Assembly (NCBI GenBank): GCA_010093705.1
Contig: MU006103.1
Span: 482,008 to 529,235, forward strand
Length of the DNA stretch: 47,228 nucleotides
Source: Patellaria atrata CBS 101060
Taxonomy: Eukaryota
Direction of reading: 5' to 3'
Shown: positions 11,956-25,206 of the stretch, one piece after another
Position numbering within the stretch: position 1 is the first letter of the stretch
Layout: every line of letters begins with the position of its first letter
Program-made: the position numbers and the translations under genes
Notes under the pieces: generated by a model
Database searches by the model: none
Told to the model about the DNA's origin: nothing
What the model saw: only the letters and a program-made list of their open reading frames with translations

Positions 11956-13674
11956 TCATAACCTAGACTTTCCTCCTGTGTCCAGGAGCACCTGCATTTT
12001 CGCCTTCCACTTGCCCACATTATCCTCGGGAATGGTAGAAGCATCATAAGAAACATTAAAATGGATACCATTCTCGTCGCTCGAACTCCCAACAAGGAAC
12101 TCACCCTCCCTTGCTCTCACTCCCATGACCACCTTTCGCATCACACTCGATAGGTCTCTTTTCTTAGCTTCTTCACTGTGTAATAGCTTCGACTCACGAT
12201 CGAAAAGGCCCCTCATGTTCCCGACAGCACTATGCCCACAGGTACCAAAGAAAAACTCACCCCAGTTAGCCGGGTACGCTCCTTGCGGATTAACCTTCTT
12301 CCTCATGGATGATGGTAATTTCATATTACACCGCTCGACTGCTGTGATATAGTTATGTGCTAGGATCCTGGCAGTACTATGTGCACCAAGGCCTCCTGAG
12401 AGTTCCGAGGTCCGCAACTTTTTCTTCTGATACTGGCGCAATTGACGATGTGCCTGCTTTGCAAGGAGCCTAAATCGGCCTGTAATGTCTAGGTCTGAAG
12501 ACACCCAGCCCATATATAAGCCGTCACTGAAAGCAAGCATGCACGAATCAGGAGGACCATCGTAAGCAAAGAACGGTCGGGGATTAAGTGGGAACGACGC
12601 AATCATGCACTTCCGTTCTATTATTGAAACGTTAGGATATAACTCCTCTTCTAGCTCCATCATTGCCATCCCGAGAAGAGCAAAACAGCCCGCACCCACA
12701 CTAACTTCAGCCTCTCTAGACAGGCTTATAAGCCGGTCTGAGGCTGTCGGCGACAGTGAAAAGTTGTACATGAGGCTGTTCCGGGGAGGGATATGACTTG
12801 ACGAGTAATTTAGAAGACTACCGTACTTCTGCGGCATCAGCTTTGTAGGAGCTGAAGCTTCTAGACTCCGCAAGGGATTGGGGAAAGCTCGTGGTAGAAG
12901 TTTACGGGTATGGCGTAGGATGATCATGATAGCCCAAAACCATCGCTGCCGCGCAATGTTACCAGCAATTGGGGGATAGAGGTCTTCTTGGGCGGGAGGC
13001 AGTCGAGACCAGATTGCATCTGCAGAACACGCTTGTTCCAGAAGCTCGTCCAGCTCAAGTTTTGTGGTATTGAGCAATTTCATAAACTTAGAAAGCCATT
13101 GGTTGGCAGATAGCCCATCAATATTACTATGTGCGGTGACTTGGATGAGTCGTAGTAAATGGGTTCCACCTGTGAGAGCTTTAAGGGGAAAGACGAATAG
13201 TTTCGATGAATGTCTGGCGACATCTATAACTCGACCAGTATTTGTACAATGCCGGAAGAAATCATCAGCATCGATATCATCATCGTCGATGAAGTGGACT
13301 GTTTGAGAGGAGCTTGATATAGCTTCTGTGGTATCCCTGGGAACATCTACGTGGAAGTATACCTGATGCTCGTTTTCGATCAGGTCTGTCCTTGTTGATA
13401 ATGAGGTGTGCTGTAGACGTAGGATTGTCCATATGAGAAGCATCCTCTGCCTGAATTCTTCGCGCGTCAAGTTGTTCCGTAATTCAAAAGCAATGTTAGC
13501 ATTAACATCAGCCAGACCTTCGTAGTAACGTCCATCCGCATCGAACGAAGACTCAACTAGACCAAGGCGCCTAGCATAAACAGTTCTTCCACCAACGATG
13601 CTCTTCTTCCAGACATGATAGTGGTTGCCATATTGTTTCAACCAGTGTTCCGGATTCTTGACATCGAGAGCCAT
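11956..13674 (-). CDS. Uncharacterised CoA-dependent acyltransferase / condensation-domain-fold protein (572 aa, intronless)
   Basis: Long uninterrupted ORF with an HxxxDG catalytic-type motif (TAHSNIDG) and N-terminal RRLGLVE similar to alcohol acetyltransferase-like families. Substrate unknown. Confidence 0.7.
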   Translation of the reverse strand: MALDVKNPEHWLKQYGNHYHVWKKSIVGGRTVYARRLGLVESSFDADGRYYEGLADVNANIAFELRNNLTREEFRQRMLLIWTILRLQHTSLSTRTDLIENEHQVYFHVDVPRDTTEAISSSSQTVHFIDDDDIDADDFFRHCTNTGRVIDVARHSSKLFVFPLKALTGGTHLLRLIQVTAHSNIDGLSANQWLSKFMKLLNTTKLELDELLEQACSADAIWSRLPPAQEDLYPPIAGNIARQRWFWAIMIILRHTRKLLPRAFPNPLRSLEASAPTKLMPQKYGSLLNYSSSHIPPRNSLMYNFSLSPTASDRLISLSREAEVSVGAGCFALLGMAMMELEEELYPNVSIIERKCMIASFPLNPRPFFAYDGPPDSCMLAFSDGLYMGWVSSDLDITGRFRLLAKQAHRQLRQYQKKKLRTSELSGGLGAHSTARILAHNYITAVERCNMKLPSSMRKKVNPQGAYPANWGEFFFGTCGHSAVGNMRGLFDRESKLLHSEEAKKRDLSSVMRKVVMGVRAREGEFLVGSSSDENGIHFNVSYDASTIPEDNVGKWKAKMQVLLDTGGKSRL

Positions 13675-14249
13675 TGATGGTCTTATTAAAAATTTATGTT
13701 GGCAAAAGAATCAGAGAATTTGACAGCTAGGAAGCATATTTTCAAAAATTTACCTGCGTCTTACGAACAGTTAGTCATCTCAAATCATGCTGCACCAGCG
13801 ATGAGACACCTTGTTCGGGCCCTACTGAGTCGATTGTTATAAGTAACACTATGATTGAAGCACATATGACTGGGTTTTAAAGTCGCCGTTTTAGGAAATT
13901 CTGACAGAAGGAGAATTACTTATTAATGAGCCACTGTTCTCATGTATGAATCCTCGATTATTACTTCCAGCAAGACAAAGAATATTTTTATCTTCTTATG
14001 ACGGGATAAGTTACTGTATTTTAAAGGAGTAGGGGAGTTATACCTATTAGCCCCCAAAATATAGGAAGCCCAAATTCCCCAAAATAGGCCGCGGGCTGCG
14101 GGCAAGCATTGAATTAGCGCAGTTTGACATTCGGTACAGGGAACGTCAGCCTCAGAGGCGCGACTGCGGCAGGCAAAACCTAAAGGTGTAGGTAGATATT
14201 TCTCATACTTGCCAACTGTCAACAATCCATCATCAACCTCGATGCCATC

Positions 14250-17200
14250 ATGAGATTCTTTCGGAGCATATTGCTGCCAGTATTGCTGCTGGTAATAGAC
14301 TCCGCCGCCGAAGATTCGAAACCTAAAATAACCTCCTCCAAATTCGATGCTCAACCTGAGAACTTATTTTACTTCGACGACTCTGAGACCGTTTTATTCC
14401 TCGAGAGCGAATCTAGCGTAGTATGGCGAACGGATAGTGCTGGAGAATCATGGAAGAAGGTGTCGGATATCCCAGAAGGGAAACCTTTTGAGATATGGAA
14501 GCATCCTTATAATAATAAACTTGCGGTGGCCTTAGGGATGAGTAAGACACACTGGGTAACGAAAGATCAAGGGGAAACTTGGAGGTCCTTTGAGACCAAA
14601 GATCATCCCGATCCAGGTTATCCCCTCAGTTTCCATGCCGACGACATAGATAGGATCCTATTTCACGGCCTGGAAGAGTGCGGCTTCGTTTCCTGCACCG
14701 GCAAAGTAAGTACACTGTTATAGAGACTTAGTGTATCATATCTCTAGGCTAATGCTCGAAATACAGAGTTACTACACGACTGACGGCTTCGAATCTCTTC
14801 AACTGCTCCGCGAAAATCGAAAAATGTGCCAATGGGCCCGCAACACCGATTTATTCTCCACAGGGGATGCTAAAAAGGACAAAAACATGGTAGTTTGTAT
14901 TGTGGAAGGCAAATACTCCTCGCGGAGCATAAACAATAGACTGGTCCTGTCGAGCGACTTTTTCGATTCAGAGGTCGAGCCTGAATTGGCCACAGGACGA
15001 ACTGTATCTGGTATCATAAACATGGCTGCGGTCAAGGGATTCCTCGTCGCCGCCGCGAAGTCCGAGGGCACTGATGAACTTGCTCTCTACGTTACCGACG
15101 ATACAAGCATTTGGCACAGAGCAGAGTTTGGCGACCACAGGGTAGAAGAGGACGCATACACGATCCTGGAATCTACAAACTACAGCATTCAAGTCGATGT
15201 CATGAGCTCATCGCTGATAGATATGGGAACCCTATTTACTAGTAATTCGAATGGCACTTATTTCACACGGAATATCGAGCATACAAATCGGGGTCCATTC
15301 GGTTTCGTAGACTTCGAAAAGATTACAAATATCCAAGGCATCGTGCTAGTGAATACAGTTAGTAATTGGGAGGACGTCCAAGGACATGCCTTTGCCCATA
15401 AGAAGGTCATCTCAAAAATCAGTTTCGATGACGGACGGACTTTCCATAGCCTCAAAGCTGGAGACGACGACCTGCATTTGCACTCGGTGACCGATCAAAG
15501 TAATAGTGGTAGAGTGTTTTCTAGTCTTGCTCCCGGTTTGGTAATGGGCGTTGGTAACACCGGTGATCAATTAAAGAAATATACCGACGGTGATTTGTAT
15601 GTATCAGACGACGCTGGCCTAAATTGGAGACTGGCGCGGAAAGAAGCGCACAAGTATGAATTTGGCGATGATGGATCCGTTCTTGTCGCCATCTACGATG
15701 AGGGTGAAACTGATGAGATCGCATGGTCATTGGACCATGGCAAGACATGGAAGACAGTTGAACTGCCGGATGGAAAGATTAAGGCTCAAGAACTGACGAC
15801 TGTACCAGATTCTACGAGTTTAAAGTTCATATTAACAGCAACCAAAGGAAGTGGACGACGCAAAGAGTATCGTATATACACACTCGATTTCGCCGGCCTC
15901 CGCCTACGTAAATGTAAAGAAAGTGATTTCGAGGACTGGTACGCCCGAAAAGGCGATGACGGAAAGCCGACTTGTATCATGGGCCACAAGACGTATTTCC
16001 GCAGGCGGAAAGCTGATATCGAGTGCGTGATTGATGATGAATTCAGTGACCCTGTTCCGCACTACGAAGAGTGCGAATGTACAATCGACGACTACGAATG
16101 CGATTTTAACTTCGTCCGCAATGGGGATGAGTGCGTGGCAGCGGGGAAGATGGTTGCACCGGAAGGTGAATGCCGGGATATTCACGATACATTCAAGGGT
16201 AGTTCTGGATGGAGAAAGATTCCCGGAAACCGATGCATAGGCGGACTGAAGAAAGATGAACCGGTACAGCGACCCTGCGCTGAAACAAAAAATCCTCCAG
16301 CAAGTGGCGAAGTCAAACACACGAAGCATCCCTTCCAAACCGAAGCTATTAAGGAATATTACTATTTGGAGCGGACCGATGCCGGAACAGGAGATGATGA
16401 AACTGTAGTGCTACTCACAAGCGATCGTAAAGCATTTGTTAGTCATGATCATGGCGTTACTTGGGAAGAACCACATGGCGTTAAGGGTGATGAAATTGCA
16501 GCAATCTACCCTCATAGTTACTTTAACGATGTCGTCTATTTGGTTACGCCCTCCAGGAAGGTCCATTACTCAAAGAACCGGCTGTTGGGTGATAGCACCC
16601 ATATTTTCGAAGCACCCGAAGCTCCTAATACGGATAGATTACAGATTCTTGGATTCCACCCGAAGGAAAAGGACTGGATCATCTGGACTGGAGGAAAGGA
16701 CTGCGACCACGGTTCGAGCTCGGGTAACGATTGTCATTCAGTTGCACATATTTCTAAGAAGGGTGGCGAAAGTGGATCATGGGACACATTACTTCGTTTC
16801 GTCCAGAAATGTCAGTTTGTTTGGAGGGAACACCGTCAGGGGAGCGAAGATTTGATATTCTGCGAACAATACGAACTCGAGGATAAGACTCGCCCGCTAC
16901 AGCTGATCTCCAGTGAGGACCGATTTGAACATAAGACCGTACATAATCAGAATGTTGTCAACTTTGCGACAATGTCCGAGTTCATCATTGTTGCGTCGAA
17001 AGTTGAGGATCAATGGCTCAAGGTTGACGCAAGTATTGATGGCAAAACATTCGCCGAAGCTGCATTCCCTCGTAACTTCAAGGTCCAGCATCAGCAAGCA
17101 TATACCGTTCTGGATAGCTCAACTCATGCTGTATTCCTTCATGTCACTGTGAACAATGATGACGACCGTGAATATGGCTCGATTCTCAAGAGTAATAGCA

Positions 17201-18765
17201 ACGGTACTTCGTATGTCTTAAGTGTCAACGAAGTCAACCGAAACAGAGCAGGATACGTCGATTTTGAAAAGATGCAGGGCCTAGAAGGTGTTGCAATCAT
17301 CAACGTCGTCGGTAACGTGAATGAAGTCAATAAAGGTTCACTCAAGAAGAAGAAGACCAAAATTACCCATAATGATGGCGCCGACTGGTCCCTTCTTTCG
17401 CCTCCAGAGAAAGACGTGGACGAACGGTCCTACAAGTGTAGCGGGAAGGGCTTAGAGAAGTGCTCTCTCCACCTTCATGGCTATACCGAACGTAAGGATC
17501 CCAGAGACACTTTCTCGTCGCCATCAGCCGTTGGATTGATGTTAGGCGTTGGGAACGTTGGAGAGTTCCTTGGCAAGTACAACGGTCCCGATACCGACAC
17601 TTTCATTACCCGCGATGGTGGGATCACTTGGAAAGAAGTCATTAAAGGCAAATATATGTGGGAATACGGCGACCAAGGCTCAATCATTGTCATCGTTGAA
17701 GAAGAAGTACCAACTGACCACATCCTCTACTCTCTCGATGAAGGCGAGCATTGGAGAGAATACAAATTCAGCAACGACAAAGTGCTAATCAACGACATAT
17801 CTACGGTTCCTAGTGATACGTCCACCAAGTTCTTACTCTGGGGTCGAGAAGGTCATGGTGTTTTCACTATAAATCTTGACTTTTCTGGTCTCTATGATCG
17901 CATGTGTAAACTTGATGAGGATGATTACTACTTATGGACCCCTAGACATCCAGCCCAAAACAATAATTGTCTATTCGGTCATGTTGCTCAATATTACCGC
18001 AAGAAAGCCAGTGCCAAATGCTTCAACGGCAGGAAGCTAGTGGATAACGGTCTCAAGAGTGTAAACAAGATATGCGAATGCACACGGAAAGACTTTGAAT
18101 GGTAAGAATCCTATATCCCGTGTCTCTTTGATACATAAGCTAATGTCTTTTACAGTGACTACAACTTCGAACGCCAAACGGACAACTCCTGCGCTCTTTC
18201 TACCGGTCTCTCTCCCGCCGACCCCTCTAAGATCTGCAGTACCAACTCTTCGATCACGGAATATTACGATATCACGGGATACCGCAAGATTCCGATCTCG
18301 ACGTGTGAAGGTGGGCTGGAACTCGACCTCACCTCCACCCCTCATGCCTGCCCCGGCCACGAGGAGGAGTTCGAGCGTAAGCACGGCATCTCGGGCGTAG
18401 GACTCTTCTTCGCCATTGTCATCCCCATAGCGGCTGCTGCAGGTGTCGGGTACTGGGTTCATCAAAATTGGGACGGCAAGTTCGGTCGAATCCGCCTTGG
18501 AGAAGGTGGCTCGAGCTTTGATTCGGATGCTCCGTGGGTCAGATGGCCGGTTGTTGCATTCTCGGCTGCTGTGGCAGTACTTGCAGCCATTCCACTACTG
18601 GTGGGAAGTCTATGGAGAAGCGTCAGTAACAGGTTTGGTGGTAGGTATGGTGCTAGAACATATAATACTAGAGCGGCATTTGCCAGGGGTAGAGGTGATT
18701 ATGCTGTTGTGGATCCGATGGATGAAGGGGAGTTACTCGGGGAAGACAGTGATGAGGAGGTGTAG
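14250..18765 (+). CDS. VPS10: Vacuolar protein sorting receptor Vps10 (sortilin family, two Vps10 domains); introns 14706-14766 and 18102-18155
   Basis: Signal peptide, repeated Asp-box motifs (SFDDGRTF, SDDAGLNW, TRDGGITW), duplicated SNSNGTYF/SNSNGTSY and VDFEK motifs, Cys-rich CECT...ECDYNF segments, a TM helix, and an acidic tail ending GELLGEDSDEEV. Confidence 0.96.
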
Positions 18766-19795
18766 GAGATGAGAGCAAACTGTCCATAGGAGCATAGACT
18801 GGAATATTTGACATGTATTAAATGCAATTTCATATCATTTCTTGTAAGTTGTATGTTGTCGGTGGATGTTTTTACATTGTGCGGGATTGGTTGCTGTAAC
18901 TAGAGGTACGGTAGCTTGGGACTGGCTTTTGACATAATAATGTTTTTTTCTTGGCGTCAACAAGCAATCAAATGTCACATGGGATTATCAATAGACAAGT
19001 AGCTATTTCGAACAGCGGACAAAAATCTATGTCGGATTTCTGCTACTCATCGAGCGACGTCATTTCAAACCCTGACGCATGCTCTCTTCTCACATCTCTC
19101 ACTTCCATAGAACCTGGTCGAGTAACAAACTGCAAGACCCAAAACTTCTACATTTAATCGTACAACTCACCACAGTAACTTAACATGATAACCCAGACAG
19201 CAAGATTTACATACCAAAATCCGGTACGTGTCTATAATGATATAGAACATCATTTCTCATGTAAAACAGTCCTCTCAGCCACCAGGAAACTACAACAGCG
19301 GGGAAAAATAACCCACCCAAAGAATTCCCTAACCTGGATCCAAGAAGCAAAGTCTACATCGAGAAGAAGTCCGAACCCAAAAAGCTCAAATAGAAGATGA
19401 GATTCGCCAAAGCGGGGTATGTGCTGCAGTGCGCCTGTCCCAACGCATATCAGACCCTATCCATTGAGAACTTGTCTGAGCGAATAGCCCAGCGGTATCT
19501 TCATCGTCAAAAAAAGGGAAAAACGTTGAAAGAGAATGGTGGAGAAGAAAAACTTGAAACGGTTGCCTCAACAGCACTGCCTCTAGAACACCAAACACCG
19601 ATCCACCTCGGATACAGAGTGTATACGAAAGTCTAGGACAGAAGAGAAAGAAGATGCCAGTAGACCTCCGACCCATTCCGGCATACGATGCATGCAAAAA
19701 CGGTGGTGTATATTCAAACACACCTTTATCACGCCGTTGGATATAGTTGCGTAAAAACATTTACGCCTCGAAAATGCTAAGACCTTGAAATTCTG

Positions 19796-22481
19796 CTACA
19801 AAAGCGCTGTAACTCCAGCTTGTGGAAGTGGCGTTCGTACCAAATGCTCGACCTCATCTCTATCCGTCGCAGTCAGTCCATCTGCTTGCGCAGGGCCAAA
19901 GGTCGCTGCCGGCGGTTCGAACGTCGAGTTCTCGTACATCTCTGTCGGATGACCGGAACCGGGACGGTCAATTGACGAAGCAAGAGCTGGTGCCGGGGTA
20001 CGGTGTGGAATAGGTGAAGATATTAGGACATTATCCAGTTTCGACGGCTCACCGCTGAGCGGTAGACGTTTCGATGGTAGTGATGGAGATTCGATGGGGA
20101 GACGACTCTGCAGGTGTTCGGGTAGCACTGTGCTCGGAGCAGCCGCCGAAGAAGGTGGGTTTGAGGCGAGCTCAACCGTGGAAGCTGAACCGTTTGGTGC
20201 GTGCAAGTCCACCAGATGGCGCTGGTTCGCAGGTGTCATGAAATCGGCATTTGGGAGGCGGGCCTGGTGCGAGGAATTATATGGACCGAGAGCATGAACG
20301 GGATGCATCGGATTTGCCCATGGTGTTTGTTCAAGGAATTGTTCTCCTGCTGTTCTATCCTCCCGGGATTCGAAGGGGCGGGGAATAGTAACTGGTCGTG
20401 GGGAGATCTATAAGATTTTTCGCATTAGCCGAGACTGCAGGCTGATTGTATGGTAAGACAAAGCTGCGACTCACCTTCATAGCACGGAAATCGTCTTCTG
20501 CCTCTGTGGCCTTCGTACCCAGGATTTCAGGTGCAGCAGGAAAACCAACATATTTCTGCACTCCCGCCAGAATGGAAACTTCGTTGTTGTACGCTTGCTG
20601 ATATCGAATCTGTACAGCTCTGTCTGGGTGATACATGAAAGCATAATCAGGTTCGTCGGCGCCCCAATGCCTTCTTTCCCGTTGCAACCGGTTTAATCTG
20701 TAGTTGCACGCATCCAGGGCTCTATCTCTCGCTTCTCGTACCGTCTGGAAGTACTGGCTTTGATATTGACATCTGTCTGCCAAAGTTTTTCTGATCAACT
20801 CCTTCGTTTTCAACTCTAAGAGATCGGCTTCTCTCTGGATCTTTTCATCTCGCCGAATATCTACGCAGCGTGTTTGCTCTGATAATGCTGGATGGGTAGA
20901 ATTCGGTTGATTCAGTAGTTCAAGCTCGTTTGTAAATGCAGCTATGCGCTCCTCGAGTAATCTGCCTCGCAATCAGTGTAATTCTTTCCATTAAGCATCC
21001 TCTTCCACTAACCTACTGCGAAAAGCAGTGAAATGCTTTTCGATCTCACTTAACTTCTCCTTTGCAATACCCCGTCTCGCCCCTAAAGAACGTCACATTA
21101 GTCAACCTGATATTCTACAATTTTTGTGTATGCTTTATGCGGTTACTGTTACTCACTTTCTTCATCTGCGGTACTCCCATCTTCGTCGGCTTCCTCGTCG
21201 GCTATTTCATCAATCTCACCTTCCCGATGCTCCAAAGTTTGCATCAACTGTTCTGCATCTTCATCTCTTATCTTCTTTCCTTTCCTCTTTCCTTTCGGTT
21301 GTTTCTTGTGAGACTTTTTTTCCGGAATTGGTAATGGTTCTTTGATCTCATCGTTCTCGTCCGGAATTTCATCGTTAACATCTTCCTCGAGATCTGCTTG
21401 AGCAAGTCTGTCGGCGTCCTCACGGATAATGAGGGAATTATCTACCAATGTCTCATCCTCCTCCTCGCGCCCATTCAATACGTGTCCTTTCGACGATCCA
21501 CTTCTTTTCCGGGCCGGCTCATCTGCTTCATCCGTGGAGACATCGTCGCCCGGACTTAAGCGCTTCCGCTTCTTGGCATTAAATTCATTATCATCGATTC
21601 CACGGTTGTAATCCCCAAATGGTAACTGTTTAGCGATTGGGTTTATGCTCCCCTCGTCAAAATCCTCCTCGGGGGTATGATCCCTATTCGACATTGTATC
21701 AGGTGATGCTATGGCACTACTCTCATGTTCATAGGGTATTTCACGTCCTAGTTTACTAGGACTTCTTCCGGCTACGGCCTCTACAATGGTAGCAGTGGCA
21801 CCCACTGTTCGAAGGTTTCGAGGGGTCTGGTCAAGGCGCTCCGTCTCTGCTTCTGAATCCTCATCGCCAATTTCCTCTGCCGCTGAGGATGTACCTGGCG
21901 CTTCTAGATCTTCACCAACATCGCTGAGACTACTAGAGCGCAAAGATGTTCTATCGTCCCTAGAAGGAAAGGTTGTTGAACCGGCATCCAGCGCGCCATT
22001 GCTCAAAAGAGCGCCACTCATGAGTGGCTGCTCAATCATGGTCTCTGACATTTCCTCCGGAGAAGTGTTCGAGGTATTGAGTGCCTGATCGGATAAAGTG
22101 TGAAGTGAGGAGGAGTGGGCAGAGGAAGGGCGTGCGGTCAAATCGGGTGAGGGTGGAATCGTTGCGGTAAAGGAATCTGCATATAGGAAACAATATTGTC
22201 AACCCAATCGAAAGCTAAATCGGCTTCAATTCCTTGAAGAAGTTGGTTCGTGCGATGGGAGATCGAGACAGTGATCAATGACGCTCTGGCGCACCAAGCG
22301 AAGAGCGACACAGAAATCCAGCGCGTCCCTTCCTAGTGTTCGACATACGACACGATACAAGGAATTCTAGTTATAGAGGGATCATCGCAAACGGAAATAA
22401 CTTACTTTGAGATTGGATAGGCTCGTCGGATTGTTGCGCGGGTTTTGATCTACTCCTGCTGCTCCGCTGGAGCGCACTCAT
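19796..22481 (-). CDS. DEP1: Sds3-like Rpd3L histone deacetylase complex subunit, Dep1-like; first exon 22481-22406, large exon 22176-21157, last exon 20407-19796
   Basis: SSSLSD and DSEAETERL motifs, Sds3-like coiled coil (IEKHFTAFRSRLLEERIA...HP...SQYFQTVREARD), YNNEVSILAGVQKYVGFPAAPEI, EQTPWANP. Splice phases are consistent. Confidence 0.8.
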
Positions 22482-23260
22482 TTCGCGCCCAAGCGAATCC
22501 AAGAGAAAACCAGGACTAATATAGCTTTTAAACAGTGGTAGGGTACTTCAAGAAGTCGATGGATGATCTCTGCGACTTGTTCGAAGCTGAAAGTGCTCTA
22601 CTGGTGGGTAGAGGGAGCGGGTTGTGGGCAAGGAGGGTAGTTCAAGCGGGTGTTGTCGATGGGATGAGTAGGGGGTGTTAGGAAGGAACAAAAGTTATCT
22701 CGCACATCCGGAGGCGAGGTAGAGTAGAGGACATAAAGTTCCAAGGCGTTGAAAAAAAGGGCGGAGGTATGTGGAGGTGGTTTGGTGGAGCTTTCGTGTT
22801 GATCTACTCTTCACATCTTGTGGGGAGGGTACAAAGTACAAAGTAAGAGTGTTTAACTGACCTGCTGGAAAGAATGACGGAACCGAAGATTTACCATTGC
22901 CGTCTGCCACGCGAAGAGACGATTACCTTACCTACCTTAGAATAGAATACTTTTATAATACCGTACTTTACAACATATATAACATTTCCAGTCATTCTCC
23001 CCGACGCTGAAATTCATCACAAATGGAGCTCATCAAGTGTCTTTACGATCGTTTCCTCATTCCCCAGTGATCATGTTCTAATATGCAACTTCATTCTCTC
23101 TTGAATACACACACTATCGGCCTTCGTTTATCGCAAGAGTCCGTGTACCTGGACTAATCACGGAATCTACTTCTTGATTGGCTAGAAACATTTTCAAACA
23201 CCGACTCGCCAAAAGAATTTCTAAACTCGATATCAGCCCAGAGCAAGACAGATAACAACA

Positions 23261-25010
23261 ATGGCTAAAAAGGCTAAGAAAAGTTCGAAGGATCAGTCTG
23301 AACATCCCTCTGAAGCGATAGGCAGTTTATTCGCTCTTAAATCATCTATCGATCCAGCGGTAGCTTCACTATTTACCTCGAGTGTATGTCCAAAATCCTC
23401 TAGTACTCCCTCCAGCCTGATTAAAGCTAATATCCTCATGCTTGTAGGCCGGTCCTGTCGAGGCTCCTCCGAAGACCCGTTATGTGGAGATACCCCCGAA
23501 GCGTTCCAATCCCGAGGCAGAACTGGAGGACCTTAACGTTGAGGATGAAGATGTAGAGACTCCAGGGCATACGAACGGTGCGCAAGACATTGATGCAATC
23601 TCAGAGGATGATTTCAGCGATAACTGTGACGCCAATGAAGCTGCTGCCGCGCTCAAAAGCAAGCCGGACACAAAAACCAGGAAGCGAAAACGGAGGGACA
23701 ACGAGCTCGAGATGGAGGAAGTGTACATGCAGAAACTTGCAAGAGAAGAAGCGAAAGAAGAGGCTAAACAGAAGGTAGAGAGGATCAAAAAACGTCAAAA
23801 GCGTGGAAAGGAAGACGCACTTGACGTCGATCAAGACCATTCTGAAGAAGACTCGCCTGAAAACGCACCATCAGATGATATGTCTGAGTCCGAAGCTTCA
23901 GATACATCCTCCTTCATTATTCCACAACATGAATCTCTCGCTCCTCATACAGAGACTCCTAATCCTGACCTGGAACAATCCTCCAGGACAGTCTTTCTTG
24001 CTAACGTTTGCACATCCGCCATAAGCTCAAAAAGCGCGAAGAAAGCTCTTCTTGCACACCTGTCCTCATTCCTACCCTCTCTTCCTACCACGGCGTCCTC
24101 CTCGGAGCACAAGATCTCCTCCCTCCGCTTCCGCTCCGTAGCTTTCTCCAGTGCACTCCCTAAGAAAGCGGCATTCGCGAAGAAGGACCTCATGGACGCT
24201 ACGACCAAATCTACGCACGCGTACGCGGTTTACACCACATCATTAGCAGCGCGCGAGGCAGCAAAACGGCTTAATGGAACCGTAGTCCTGAACCGCCATC
24301 TACGCGTCGATTGGGTCGCGCATCCCTCCGCCACAGACCACAGACGTTGCGTCTTCGTCGGCAACCTCGGCTTCGTAGATGACGATAGCGCCATAGTCGC
24401 CGCGTCGGGAAACCCCAATGCAGCCCCGAAACACCGGAAGCAGAAACAACCCGCAGACGTGGAAGAAGGGCTCTGGCGCCATTTTTCCGCCGTCGCCGGC
24501 CCGGTTGAATCGGTCCGCGTGGTACGCGATCCGACGACTAGAGTCGGGAAGGGATTCGCGTACGTTCAGTTCCGAGAGGAGAATAGTGTCGAGAAGGCCC
24601 TTTTGAGCGATGGGAAGGCGGATCCGCCACTGCTGCCGAGGAAGATGCGCGTGACGCGTGCGAAGGCGGTGAAGAGGAAGGACGTCCGTGTCAAGGAGGC
24701 CGCTCGATCTATGGAGAAGGAGGGGAGCAAGAAGGGGTATAATCCCAAAGCGGATCCTGCGAAGTTGTCGATGCAAGGACGGGCGGGCAAGTTACTAGGA
24801 AGGGCCGGCGCGGCGAGAGTGAGGAAGGAGGGAGTGGTAGCTGGGGTCAATGGGGTAAAGAGGCCGGAGGCATTTGTGTTCGAAGGATTTAGGGCAAGGG
24901 AGGGAAATGGGAAGGCGGGTTTGAAGTTGGGTGGGAAGGGGAAGAAGGGTAAACCGACGACGAGGAGTAGCCGTAGGGGTGCTGCTTGGAAGGCGGGCAA
25001 GTCGAAGTAA
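23261..25010 (+). CDS. NOP12: Nucleolar RRM protein Nop12; intron 23384-23447
   Basis: IDPAVASLFTSS|AGPV, RTVFLANV, SLRFRSVAF, HLRVD, RCVFVGNLGF, VESVRVVRDPTTRVGKGFAYVQF (RNP1), VFEGFRA. Confidence 0.93.
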
Positions 25011-25206
25011 ACAGAAGTTGATGTTAAGAAAATACCCCTGAGAGGCATTCCTATGGGATCGAATGACTAAGAATAGGGGAGGAGATGTTTGTGTCATGCA
25101 TCCAACAGCTCAAATCATTCCGTTCTCATCCAAACCCACATACGCAGTCCATCCAATACCCTGTTATGTATCATCGTAATCCATTCCGTTCGTCATGTAA
25201 CATACC

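Noticed and set aside
19185..19760. Short ORFs between VPS10 and DEP1
   Set aside because: No recognisable motifs or splice structure. The region is consistent with convergent 3' UTRs.
23480..25097. Long antisense or alternative-frame ORFs over NOP12 (likewise over VPS10, CAP-Gly, NTR2-like, CSN4 and BUD16)
   Set aside because: Shadow ORFs expected from codon bias and high GC, with no independent protein features.
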